Assembly (NCBI GenBank): GCA_037129895.1 | Contig: JBAXUB010000005.1 | Span: 597-64,596 of the forward strand | Length of the DNA stretch: 64,000 nt | Reading direction: 5' to 3' | Source of the DNA: Candidatus Tayloriibacteriota bacterium | Lineage (GTDB): Bacteria > Patescibacteriota > Minisyncoccia > Phycocordibacterales > PALSA-1337 | The notes under the pieces: generated by a model | What the model was told of the DNA's origin: nothing | The model's input: only the letters and a program-made list of their open reading frames with translations | The model's database searches: none | Made by a program: the position numbers and the translations under genes | In this document: piece after piece, positions 19,252-29,190 of the stretch | How positions within the stretch are numbered: position 1 is the first letter of the stretch | Layout of the letters: each line of letters begins with the position of its first letter

Positions 19252-20007
19252 ATGGATAACAATATATCAAAATACGACCTCATAATGTTCGATCTCGATG
19301 GTACATTGGCACCGAGTAAGTCTGCTTTGGAGCCGGCTATGGCAGAAGCATTGGTTAAGTTATTGGCGAGAAAGAAGGTTGCTGTCATATCTGGTGGAAA
19401 TTATGCACAATTCGAGAAACAGTTCATAAGTAAACTGCCAATGACTGCGAATAACTTTAGTAACCTATACGTTATGCCAGTATCTGGATCATGTTTATAT
19501 ATCTGGAATGGTGATTGGGAACTGCAGTATGCTGAGAATCTATCACCTGGCGAGAAAGTGATGATCAGACAGACTCTAGGTGATGCGTTGAAGGAAGCCG
19601 GTTTCGTGGCAGAAGAGAACAAGTACGGTGATCTCATCGAAGACCGTGGTTCTCAGATAACTTTCTCGGCCCTCGGTCAACAAGCTCCGATAGAAGCAAA
19701 GAAAGGCTGGGATCTAGACAGAGTGAAGAGGCAAGCTATCGCCAAGATATTGGCCCCGAAAGTTCCGCAATTCGATGTGGTGATCGGGGGTATGACATCT
19801 ATCGATATCACTAGAAAAGGGGTCAACAAGGCTTATGGTATAAGGAAAATAGAGGGATACCTGAAACTTAGTCCTGAGAAGATATTGTTCGTGGGTGACG
19901 CCCTATTCGAAGGTGGCAATGACTTTCCAGCCAAGAGTGCTGGTGTTGATTGCAAACAGGTAAGTGGTCCGGAGGAGACTCTGGCTTGGATAAGTGGCTT
20001 ATTATAA
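19252..20007 (+). CDS. HAD-IIB hydrolase, phosphomannomutase-like
   Basis: 'FDLDGTL', 'IEDRGSQITFSALG', 'GGMTSIDI', 'FVGDALFEGGND'. Confidence 0.88.
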   Translation: MDNNISKYDLIMFDLDGTLAPSKSALEPAMAEALVKLLARKKVAVISGGNYAQFEKQFISKLPMTANNFSNLYVMPVSGSCLYIWNGDWELQYAENLSPGEKVMIRQTLGDALKEAGFVAEENKYGDLIEDRGSQITFSALGQQAPIEAKKGWDLDRVKRQAIAKILAPKVPQFDVVIGGMTSIDITRKGVNKAYGIRKIEGYLKLSPEKILFVGDALFEGGNDFPAKSAGVDCKQVSGPEETLAWISGLL

Positions 20008-20153
20008 GCGCCAAATAGTGGTTGATTTTTGTTCGCATCTATGCTACAATACTAGCGTGTAAGTTTTCTCGTCACTTACGCGTTAGCAATTAATGACGTA
20101 GAGTTCCGCTAACGTGTTACTTTATGTGATTCGTGTCGCGGGTATAAAAGAAA

Positions 20154-20405
20154 ATGTCAAAGAGACTTTTCGTAGGCAGTCTTGCCTGGGGTACAACTGA
20201 GGCCACCCTGAAGAAGCACTTCGAACAGGCCGGCGCAGTTGAGTCAGCAGCAGTTATCATGGACAAGATGTCCGGTCGCTCAAAGGGCTTCGGCTTCGTT
20301 GAGATGGCAAGTGATGCTGATGCAGAATCAGCAGTTTCAAAGCTTAACGGCTCTGAACTCGATGGTCGCAAGATTGTCGTATCCGAAGCTCGCCCAAAGG
20401 CATAA
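20154..20405 (+). CDS. RRM RNA-binding protein
   Basis: RNP2 'LFVGSL' and RNP1 'KGFGFVEM'. Confidence 0.95.
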   Translation: MSKRLFVGSLAWGTTEATLKKHFEQAGAVESAAVIMDKMSGRSKGFGFVEMASDADAESAVSKLNGSELDGRKIVVSEARPKA

Positions 20406-20427
20406 TAGCTTTTAGGTGAGACTCAAG

Positions 20428-20466
20428 AAAACACCCCGTAGTCGCGAGACTGCGGGGTGTTTTCGT
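20428..20466 (+). terminator. Terminator hairpin, duplicated at 23211-23249
   Basis: aaaacaccccgtagtcgcgagactgcggggtgtttt. Confidence 0.8.
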
Positions 20467-20543
20467 ATGTGTGCAATGTGTGCATAAGTCTCTGAGGAGT
20501 ACTACCTTTGGTTTGTCGAATATATGATATATAATATTGGTAT

Positions 20544-23207
20544 ATGTCAAAAACTAATCGATTTAGATTATTAACTTCTCAGAGTTTTATTATAGGAGTA
20601 TTTTTTTCTTTTGTATTAATAAATTCAATATTTATATATCAGGCAAAAGTCGCAAATGGTGCGACACAGATTGGGACAATCTATGCAGCTAAGTGTGGTA
20701 CTTCATTCGACGGAAGAGCAATTCCCATATACGATCAATCTAGACCAGGTTGGCCAGATCAATGGTTTGTTGTAAATCAGTGTGCAGGTAGAGCAATTTC
20801 AAAAAATCCATATATTGTATTGACTGCTAATAAGACTATTCAACTTACATGCTGGGATCAATATTTAACAAATTACCAAGTTCTTGCAACTCATACTGGT
20901 ATAGGTACTTACAATGATCCTATAACTTCTTTTTGCAATTCAAGTAATGGCGATTTATCAACATATATCCGCATCATAGCAAATCCTGCACCAACACTTA
21001 TCTCTATGTCTACCACAACTATATCAAAAGGTGGACAAATGGTTAGTTTAAGTGGAACCGGTTTCTCGGGTACCAATAATACAATTCAAATATCAAGTAA
21101 TAATTCAACTTTTACAAATCTGACAACACAAAATAGTACAAATGGTACATCTATTGGACCAGTCAATATAGTAGTAAATACTGCTGGCAATTATTTCTTG
21201 CGAGTGAATAATACCAACGGTTCTACGAATTCGATTCCATTTAAGGTGGTGACTCCGTCTACACCTAGTGCTAGTGGAAGTGTATTGACAACAATACTTA
21301 CACCAGAGAAATTTACTGCGAATCCAGCAACAATCTTTCCAATATCTTTTAGTGGCTCAAATATTCCTTTTTCTGGCAATACCGTTCAAATATCAAAAGA
21401 TAATGTTTCGTTTTCGAATTTAGCTGTAACAGGTATTTCTGTAACTGGCAGCGGGTCTAATGAGTTTATAGATTTTAAAGCTGGGATGACAGGTTTTGGT
21501 ATTTTTTATATTAGAATTAGTAATAGTAAAGGTCTAAGTAATTCATTGCAATATAAAATCACACCGTATAACGTTCCTGCTCCGGCCACAACGACTATGC
21601 CTGTAGTTTCGAAGCTTAAACCTACGGATATTAGTGCTGTACCTCGGGTAACGTCAAGTGGTAGTACTGTCATTGATAACATCTCTATTGCATGGACTGA
21701 TCCGAATCAACCATCTATGGCTAGGAATTACTTGATTGAAAGATCAGTTGATTCAGGCTCCTATGTTGAAATAGCTAGAAAAGCTACCAATCAGGCGCTG
21801 TATTATGACGATCTTACATCTGTTTCAATGAATACTCCAAACATTCAATATCGGGTGAGGATCTTGTTTAATGATAGTTCTTACTCGAATTATTCAGATG
21901 TTGCCTCGGCTCATATATGTGGTGTTGATGTCGGTGATTTTCAGACTTCAAAAGATTTGAAAACTATATATAGTTCATTGCCAACCAATATGACAGGTAC
22001 TGTACCTATATCATGGCCACTTAGTGCACTTGCCGCTACTTTTTCAGGTCAAATTAATGAATCAATTGATAGTTATAAATTACCTGGTAAGTCCTTGTTT
22101 AATGCCCTTTTTATTGCTAAAGGGGAATTATCAAATCTTGAGCCGTCTACTCAGATGAAGGGTGTGAAATGGATTGTTGAGTCTATTAAAAATTTAGGTA
22201 AAAAATATAAATTAAGTCCTTCGGAAACAGATACATTGTTTGCGGGTCTATACGGAGGGGACGCGCCATTTGATGTTGTGTCGTTTAAGTTTGTTGGAGG
22301 TTCCGTATTGTTAGCTGGTGCTGGAAGCAAAGTTATGTACGAAGCCGTCAAGAAAGTCCCATCGTCATGGCCCAAATGTATAAATCTTGATTCATATAAA
22401 ATGAGAATAGTATTCCCATTTATGTCATCTCCGGTGGTAAATAGTGTAAACCAGACATCAGGGAACGAGGTTAATGTTTCTGGTTCCGGTTTTAGTGATA
22501 AGGGTAGTTTGATAAAACTTATACCGAAGCAAACCAGCTCAATGAATGTAAAAGTACCAGATACTGCAAACGTATTTGACGTATTTAATATATTGGAAAA
22601 TTTGTGGAGGTCATTGGTTCCATTTACAAATGGTCAGGTCGTAAATAATAAGTATTACGCTGTAGATAATGTAACCAGTTTTGATTCGAACACGTTTTCA
22701 TTTACTGTACCGGCGAATGTACCTGATGGTGTCTATAAAGTCAGTATTAGTAATATAAATAGTTTATGGGTGGATACTGAATATACGATAACAGTTTCTG
22801 GTCATGGTGCTGGTGATCCAAGCACGGCTATCGTAGATGACGATATCATTATTGGTGCTTCAGTACCTGGGACGCCAACACCTGTTGTGCCAGCGGGGTC
22901 TGGTGTAATATCATGCGAGTATAGAAATACGGCAGAATTTGATCGTTATGGAAGAATGCAGACAATACTATCAGTAAAGAGCGGTTTGCCTAGCGACAGT
23001 AAAAAGTATTTATACATGATGCACGCTACGACAATAGATCCTGCGCTTAAGTTGGTGAATCTCGGTTATCATTATCTCAACGAGAGTTGGAACTGGACCA
23101 TACCGGGCGCCGCAATAAATCTAAAAACACTTAAGAATGTCTATATTGACGTAAGTTTGAATTATAATGGAACGTTATTCAAGAAGGTTAGTTGTCAGCA
23201 AAAGTAA
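20544..23207 (+). CDS. Secreted/surface protein with IPT/TIG-like and FN3-like domains
   Basis: N-terminal TM/signal; 'APTLISMS...VSLSGTGFS' IPT-like repeats; 'NYLIERS...QYRVR...SNYS' FN3-like segment. Confidence 0.7.
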   Translation: MSKTNRFRLLTSQSFIIGVFFSFVLINSIFIYQAKVANGATQIGTIYAAKCGTSFDGRAIPIYDQSRPGWPDQWFVVNQCAGRAISKNPYIVLTANKTIQLTCWDQYLTNYQVLATHTGIGTYNDPITSFCNSSNGDLSTYIRIIANPAPTLISMSTTTISKGGQMVSLSGTGFSGTNNTIQISSNNSTFTNLTTQNSTNGTSIGPVNIVVNTAGNYFLRVNNTNGSTNSIPFKVVTPSTPSASGSVLTTILTPEKFTANPATIFPISFSGSNIPFSGNTVQISKDNVSFSNLAVTGISVTGSGSNEFIDFKAGMTGFGIFYIRISNSKGLSNSLQYKITPYNVPAPATTTMPVVSKLKPTDISAVPRVTSSGSTVIDNISIAWTDPNQPSMARNYLIERSVDSGSYVEIARKATNQALYYDDLTSVSMNTPNIQYRVRILFNDSSYSNYSDVASAHICGVDVGDFQTSKDLKTIYSSLPTNMTGTVPISWPLSALAATFSGQINESIDSYKLPGKSLFNALFIAKGELSNLEPSTQMKGVKWIVESIKNLGKKYKLSPSETDTLFAGLYGGDAPFDVVSFKFVGGSVLLAGAGSKVMYEAVKKVPSSWPKCINLDSYKMRIVFPFMSSPVVNSVNQTSGNEVNVSGSGFSDKGSLIKLIPKQTSSMNVKVPDTANVFDVFNILENLWRSLVPFTNGQVVNNKYYAVDNVTSFDSNTFSFTVPANVPDGVYKVSISNINSLWVDTEYTITVSGHGAGDPSTAIVDDDIIIGASVPGTPTPVVPAGSGVISCEYRNTAEFDRYGRMQTILSVKSGLPSDSKKYLYMMHATTIDPALKLVNLGYHYLNESWNWTIPGAAINLKTLKNVYIDVSLNYNGTLFKKVSCQQK

Positions 23208-23210
23208 TAT

Positions 23211-23249
23211 AAAACACCCCGTGGTCGTAAGACTGCGGGGTATTTTCGT
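23211..23249. terminator. Bidirectional terminator, copy of 20428-20466
   Basis: aaaacaccccgtggtcgtaagactgcggggtatttt between convergent genes. Confidence 0.8.
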
Positions 23250-23950
23250 TAGTTTATATTCCTCCACCATTCACTAACAGGTGCATTCTTGATGATGTCT
23301 AAGGCCTGATCAACCGAGTCTACAATAGTGAATAATTCCAAGTCTCTTTCTTTGATAGTATGGAACTCGTTTAGCATGGTCTTTTTCAGGAATTCCCGCA
23401 CTTCATTCCAGAATAAAGAATTGAATAGAATGACAGGTACACGTGGGATCTTGCCAGTTTGGATCAGTGTGAGAACGCTGAATAATTCATCGAATGTGCC
23501 GAATCCACCAGGGAGGAATACATAAGCTTCAGCAGTGAAAGTCATCATCGCTTTTCTAGCGAAAAAGTATGAGAACTTCAAGTTTTCTGTCATGTATTCA
23601 TTGGATGTGTGATTGTGAGGGAGACTGATGTTGAAACCTAGAGATTTTCCACCAGCATCGAAAGCGCCTTTGTTGGCTGCCTCCATCGTTCCGGGTCCAC
23701 CACCGGTCAGGATCGCGTATGAAGTCTCTTTGGAAATACGATAAGCTAGTTCTGTAGCCTGTTTGTAGACTTCACTCTCTGGTCCTATCTGTGAAGAGCC
23801 GAAGATTGTAACTGATTTCGGATATTTACGTAAAAATTCGAAACTATCGGCAAATTCGTGTCGAATTCTCTCGAGGTGTTCCAATATCTCACCTCTGTGA
23901 ATATCTTTTCTCATGTCCTCATACTGAATGTGTGGTTTTGGTTGTGGCAT
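23249..23950 (-). CDS. LOG-family nucleotide phosphoribohydrolase (TIGR00730-like)
   Basis: 'TGGGPGTMEAANKGA' and 'PGGFGTFDE'. Confidence 0.92.
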   Translation of the reverse strand: MPQPKPHIQYEDMRKDIHRGEILEHLERIRHEFADSFEFLRKYPKSVTIFGSSQIGPESEVYKQATELAYRISKETSYAILTGGGPGTMEAANKGAFDAGGKSLGFNISLPHNHTSNEYMTENLKFSYFFARKAMMTFTAEAYVFLPGGFGTFDELFSVLTLIQTGKIPRVPVILFNSLFWNEVREFLKKTMLNEFHTIKERDLELFTIVDSVDQALDIIKNAPVSEWWRNIN

Positions 23951-23986
23951 AATGGTATCAGTATATCATATGACTATATTATTACC

Positions 23987-25222
23987 TTATGCAGGTTCCT
24001 TCTTCACGAATAATATGAATACGATCCAGCCAAGACCGATCACCCCTCCAGCAATATACACAGGTGCTGAAGGTGAGATATTAGCGGCCATCACGCCCGC
24101 CAATATTGGTGGAGATGTTTGGGCAAGGGCTTGTACGCTAGCATTGATACCGAGGATTTCGCCTTGGGATTCAGCTTTGGTACGGCGGCTCACAATACTC
24201 GGTAACGAGGCCATGCTGATGCCATTCGTAAAGGCGAATGTTGCACCGACGATCAGTAGCCCAACGGTGTGATTGGGTATATAGAATGAGAATATTGCAG
24301 CCGAACCTAGTAATAGGAATACTCGAAGCAGTACGAATTCATCGAATTTCTTACTCAATATACGCAATAATATGCCTTGAGAAAGTATCGCCCATATTCC
24401 GACGAATCCGATATAGTAGCCGATCTCTACTTGGTTATATCCAAATCCACTGATCAGGAATACACTGAAGAATGTGGCAAATAGTGCCAGTCCAGCTTGG
24501 AATAGGAAATTGGTGGCGAAAATCATACGCAAACTCTTCATTTTGTAAGCATCGAATATCTGAGTTATAGCACGATGCCACGTGATAACGAATTTACCAG
24601 AAAATGTGCGGGTCTCTCCCATTAAAATATATACGAGAACTCCATTTATGAGTGATATTATCGCAGCAAAGATAAATGGTGTTGATGCATTGAACCATGA
24701 GACCAAGTTCGGATCTGCGAGCACTCCGCCGATCACTGGACCAATGATGAATCCAACTCCATAAGCTGCACCGATCAACCCAAATCTCGAAGCGCGGAGT
24801 TTTGGTGGAGTTATGTCGGCGATCGCGGCTTGAGCAACAGAGAGATTGCCACCCATTATTCCACCGATGATCCTGGCGATAAATAGCATAGTCAAGCTTT
24901 TCATATAAATCCCTGTGGCAAAAAGGCCTAGGCTGAGTGCTGTACCAGCTAGAGCTAGTGTCATGATCTTGCGTCGTCCAACATAGTCGGAATATTCACC
25001 TAGAATTGGTGAAGAAAAGAACATGGCGATCGGGAATACGGCGATGAGTAGTCCGAGTATAATATATCCATAGGAGACTGGCACATATGTGGGAAGTAGG
25101 TAATAAGGTGAATTTGGGTTCGCGAGTAATTGAGGAACGATCGGTACGATGATTCCGTTGCAGATAAGGTCGAGGAATATTGCCATCAGAATGACTGGCA
25201 ATGCTCGGTTTGATTTTTTCAT
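23987..25222 (-). CDS. MFS efflux transporter, TetA/DHA1-like
   Basis: About 12 TM; motif A 'GEYSDYVGRR'; 'AQAAIADIT', 'GFIIGPVIGG'; start at MKKSNR. Confidence 0.9.
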   Translation of the reverse strand: MKKSNRALPVILMAIFLDLICNGIIVPIVPQLLANPNSPYYLLPTYVPVSYGYIILGLLIAVFPIAMFFSSPILGEYSDYVGRRKIMTLALAGTALSLGLFATGIYMKSLTMLFIARIIGGIMGGNLSVAQAAIADITPPKLRASRFGLIGAAYGVGFIIGPVIGGVLADPNLVSWFNASTPFIFAAIISLINGVLVYILMGETRTFSGKFVITWHRAITQIFDAYKMKSLRMIFATNFLFQAGLALFATFFSVFLISGFGYNQVEIGYYIGFVGIWAILSQGILLRILSKKFDEFVLLRVFLLLGSAAIFSFYIPNHTVGLLIVGATFAFTNGISMASLPSIVSRRTKAESQGEILGINASVQALAQTSPPILAGVMAANISPSAPVYIAGGVIGLGWIVFILFVKKEPA

Positions 25223-25323
25223 ATCCAATAAGTATATCAGTAAGTAGGTCATATTTCATCATCTATCACACTGTGCTCTATATGGATTTGCTTGTATACA
25301 GTTTCTCCGCTAATCTTACATAT

Positions 25324-26685
25324 ATGATCAAATTCGATATCAAAGCACGTATAAAGAATGGTCGTGGAAGAGCGGGAGTTATCCAAACTCCGCATGGAGA
25401 GATAGAGACGCCGGCATTCATACCAGTTGGGACAAAAGCGACGATAAAAGCTGTAACTGCGGAGGAAGTGCGTGATCAAGTCGGTGCGCATGCGATTTTG
25501 GCGAATACATATCATCTATACCTACAACCGGGAACAGAAATCTTACGTAAAGCTGGAGGATTGGGTAAATTTATGAATTGGTCTGGTCCTACATTCACTG
25601 ACTCTGGAGGTTTTCAAGCGTTTTCGTTGGCTGGCGGTATGCAAGAACATAGGTCAAAGATACAGAATCCGGAGGCGGTTCGTGGAGGCAATGTGGATTC
25701 GCGTCAGCTCGGGGGAAAGATTCCTCCCGATTCCCCTCGAGGGTTTGAGGGAGGGATCTACTCCCCCGAAAAGGACGCGGAAAAGCAGACCCTCGCCAAA
25801 TTTGACGATGATGGCGTGTCATTCAAATCTATAATAGATGGTTCCTCACACAGATTCACACCAGAGAGATCAATAGAGATACAACATGATATTGGTGCAG
25901 ATATAATATTTGCATTCGATGAGTGTATATCGCCACAGGAATCCTATGAACGTCAGAAAGAAGCGGTAGAGAGGACGACGAGGTGGGCGAAGAGATGTTT
26001 AGAGGCACATGGTAAGGAGAAGGGAAGAAGGAAGGAGGAAGGATCTGAGAGGAATGATCAAGATGACGGGAGTGCCTTGTTCGGTATAGTTCAAGGGGGA
26101 CGTTATGAAGATCTACGTAAACAGAGTGCGCGTGAGATCGGGGCGATGGATTTCGAAGGTTTTGGTATCGGAGGTTCTTTTGATAAAGACGATATAGGTA
26201 CTGCAGTTGGGTGGGTTGCTGACGTGTTGCCGGAAAATAAACCGAGACACCTACTCGGTATTGGTCAGCCTATGGATCTAATCCTGGGAATAGAGAATGG
26301 AATCGATACTTTCGACTGTGTGGCGCCGACTAGGATCGCTAGAAATGGTTCGGTGTATGTGAGTGCGGGTGCATCGAGTGGTCCGATGGTGTCAAAAAAG
26401 TTCGGCTCTACGATCAATCTTTTGAATGCACAGTTTCGCGAGGACTTTACTCCAATAGATAATAATTGCGGTTGCTATACTTGCAAGAATTACACGAAAG
26501 CTTACTTGGCGCATCTATTCAGGGCCAAGGAAATGTTGGCTGCGACACTGGCTTCTATCCATAATCTGTATTTCTTGGTTAATCTAGTGAAGAGAGCGCG
26601 TCAGGCTATCATTGAAGGGAGATTTGAGGAATTTAAAAAGGGAATGCAGTTTGAAAAACTCCCATATACTATTTACATAAACTAA
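25324..26685 (+). CDS. tgt: tRNA-guanine transglycosylase
   Basis: 'TPAFIPVGT', 'LANTYHL', 'TDSGGFQ', 'GIVQGG', 'DCVAPTR', zinc site CGCYTC...H. Confidence 0.96.
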   Translation: MIKFDIKARIKNGRGRAGVIQTPHGEIETPAFIPVGTKATIKAVTAEEVRDQVGAHAILANTYHLYLQPGTEILRKAGGLGKFMNWSGPTFTDSGGFQAFSLAGGMQEHRSKIQNPEAVRGGNVDSRQLGGKIPPDSPRGFEGGIYSPEKDAEKQTLAKFDDDGVSFKSIIDGSSHRFTPERSIEIQHDIGADIIFAFDECISPQESYERQKEAVERTTRWAKRCLEAHGKEKGRRKEEGSERNDQDDGSALFGIVQGGRYEDLRKQSAREIGAMDFEGFGIGGSFDKDDIGTAVGWVADVLPENKPRHLLGIGQPMDLILGIENGIDTFDCVAPTRIARNGSVYVSAGASSGPMVSKKFGSTINLLNAQFREDFTPIDNNCGCYTCKNYTKAYLAHLFRAKEMLAATLASIHNLYFLVNLVKRARQAIIEGRFEEFKKGMQFEKLPYTIYIN

Positions 26686-26803
26686 TATTAGTGTTATCTT
26701 GACGTAATCTTAAGGATGGTCTCTTTAAGATTTAGTTCATTAACAACCTTCGAGTAGCGCAATACCTTCAGGGTATGCTGCTCGGCAAAGGAAGGAGTAA
26801 AGT

Positions 26804-28162
26804 ATGTCTACTGAAATTACTAATGACATTGTAATTCGTGAGGCAAGAAAAGGCGACTATGAATGGGTCGCGGAATTAATGCATAAAACGCTGGAACCGT
26901 ATTATGGTGGTGATCACCGTGCTCATGCTTGTCGTATCTTCGATGCACACATCGCAGGTGGACATGATAAAGTCGGATTCTTTTCATTTGAACAACGCAT
27001 GTTCGTTGCTGAAGTTAAAGGGGTCAGAGCAGGAATTATCCACGTAGTCGGCAAGCGTCAATCAACGTACAAGATCAGTCCACTGATCGTTTCTCCTGAG
27101 TTTCAAGGGAAATTTAGTCTTGGTAGTCGTCTCCTGCAACACGCAGAAGAATACGCAAGAAGTCGCAAGTCGCGACAACTATATTGTACCGTGGCAGAAA
27201 AAAACGTTGCAGCAATGCAATTCTTTCTTCACAAAGGATTCATCCGAGCTGGTAGCTCTGATAGCCACTACAAGAGTGGCGTCACTGAAACTATGCTTTA
27301 CAAGCCATTATATGAAGTAAGTACCATTACATCACTCGAACAAATTCATGTATCTGTTGTACCGTTTGACGAGACGCATGATAACATCAGGGAACAAGTT
27401 ACGAAACTGCTCCTTGAAAAACTTCCGCTCTCTTTTGAGGGAATCAGTGAGGTCTGGGTAGACGCATTGTTTACTGGTTACAGTCGAAGAAACACAGCTG
27501 ATATTAATTCAAAGTATAAATTGATCTTCGTTGCGTTAAGTAGTGACGGAACCGTAATTGGTACCGCTGCTGCAACACCAAAGAAAGGCAGTCCAATAAA
27601 AATTATGCCGTTAATTGCAACAAATCTTGTTGCACTTGAAGCACTATTAATTGATCTGCCACATCAACTTGTACCTTACGGCCACAAGCTGTACATCCAT
27701 ATTAATCCAGAGCCAGATGAAGTGATTGCACTTCAACGCCTTGGATGGAAATTGGATGCTGCTTTGCCATCAGCCTATCGTCCTAACGTAATCACACAGC
27801 AATGGAGTCTTAATATTGGAGAAATAACTATGAGAACAATGAGAGTCAAAAATAGGTTTTTCGATCTGATTCAGTCAGGTGAAAAGAACCTTGAAGTCCG
27901 TGTCGCTTATGATACGATCAATCGCATCAGGGTCGGCGAGAACATAAGCTTCGTAACCCACATGTCTGAGTTCGATGTTCGTATCAATGCAGTTCGAAAG
28001 TATCGAACCTTCCGTGAAATGCTGGAAAAAGAGCCATACAAAAAAATAGCTCCAGATTCAGCCTCTCAAGCCGAGGTGTTGTCACTTCTAGAAAACATCT
28101 ATCCCGCCGAGAAAGAAAGACTTGGAGTGGTAGTACTAGAGCTCGCTCAAATCGGCAAGTAA
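26804..28162 (+). CDS. GNAT acetyltransferase (active GNAT plus degenerate GNAT-like domain) fused to a C-terminal ASCH domain
   Basis: 'VSPEFQGKFSLGSRLL...NVAAMQFFLHKGF'; C-terminal 'FDLIQSGEKNLEVR...GENISF...YRTFREML...IYPAEKERLGVVVLEL'. Confidence 0.8.
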   Translation: MSTEITNDIVIREARKGDYEWVAELMHKTLEPYYGGDHRAHACRIFDAHIAGGHDKVGFFSFEQRMFVAEVKGVRAGIIHVVGKRQSTYKISPLIVSPEFQGKFSLGSRLLQHAEEYARSRKSRQLYCTVAEKNVAAMQFFLHKGFIRAGSSDSHYKSGVTETMLYKPLYEVSTITSLEQIHVSVVPFDETHDNIREQVTKLLLEKLPLSFEGISEVWVDALFTGYSRRNTADINSKYKLIFVALSSDGTVIGTAAATPKKGSPIKIMPLIATNLVALEALLIDLPHQLVPYGHKLYIHINPEPDEVIALQRLGWKLDAALPSAYRPNVITQQWSLNIGEITMRTMRVKNRFFDLIQSGEKNLEVRVAYDTINRIRVGENISFVTHMSEFDVRINAVRKYRTFREMLEKEPYKKIAPDSASQAEVLSLLENIYPAEKERLGVVVLELAQIGK

Positions 28163-28214
28163 ATATCGATTAACTTACGGACCTGCGACTTAGTTGCAGG
28201 TCTTTTCAATTTTA

Positions 28215-28553
28215 TTAAGAGAGCTTAATGCCAATAACACCAAACTTAGTTTGCTCATCTAAAGGATAAAATTGCTCAATTTCAGTAATGAGAGCTTCTT
28301 TCGATTCACCACCAAAATATTGAGAAGGAAAATCAGAAAACATATCAGAAAATGAAGAATACCTATATAAAGCCACTACATTTCGTTTAACAACAACATC
28401 TGGATTATCATTTTGACTAAACTCAATTTGATCGCCGACATCAATCAGTTTTCTTTTATCGTCATATAGCCTAGATTCTATTATTTTTATTCCAGCTACG
28501 ATCTTATCTAGCGGTGACTTTGCAAGCCTCATTTTGTGGATCTTTATTGACAT
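28215..28553 (-). CDS. ASCH domain protein
   Basis: 'IVAGIKIIESRLYDDKRKLIDVGDQIEF...FYP...GVIGIKL'. Confidence 0.88.
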   Translation of the reverse strand: MSIKIHKMRLAKSPLDKIVAGIKIIESRLYDDKRKLIDVGDQIEFSQNDNPDVVVKRNVVALYRYSSFSDMFSDFPSQYFGGESKEALITEIEQFYPLDEQTKFGVIGIKLS

Positions 28554-28637
28554 AATTGTATATAAGTGCTATATGTTTATACTAGAAAGTAATAAGCAAA
28601 GGTTAACATATATCAATTAAAACTGAAAGGACAAAAA

Positions 28638-28976
28638 ATGGAAATATGGAAAAAGAACAGCGATAGTTTGACAAAAAAACCAACATTAAGTTTTCCTAAC
28701 AAGAAGTCACTCGACAATATCTTGTCATCTCGATTTCCAAACAAGGAACATCACTACTTGGTCTTTACCGATCAAGAAGAACAGGAACTCACAAAGATTG
28801 CTAAATCGTTATTGGATTCAGAAGGTACAAAGTTAAAACCCTCTCAACGATTGTTAGAAATCTTCATGAGGGAAACCTTTAGAGGAATGCCTGGACCATG
28901 CCCAATCGAATTAGTAACGATTAAAGATGAAGAGACTCAAGGTGAACATCTCGCATTCGAGTTTTTCAAACCATAA
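28638..28976 (+). CDS. Hypothetical protein
   Basis: AAGGA RBS, ATG start, downstream hairpin terminator. Confidence 0.6.
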   Translation: MEIWKKNSDSLTKKPTLSFPNKKSLDNILSSRFPNKEHHYLVFTDQEEQELTKIAKSLLDSEGTKLKPSQRLLEIFMRETFRGMPGPCPIELVTIKDEETQGEHLAFEFFKP

Positions 28977-29190
28977 CCAATCAGAATATTTAGCTGCACA
29001 ACCCACAAAGGTTTGTGCAGCTTTTTTAATACTAGCCCAGTTGAGAGTTTTGAACTTGTAAACAAGCGGTGGTTAGTGGCCTGTTGTTTTATGTGTTATA
29101 TCATATATGGTATAATGGACGTGACAGCTGACCTCCTACCAGTTAGGAGTTGAATTTCCATAAGTTTTTAGTTGATGTTACAATATATCC

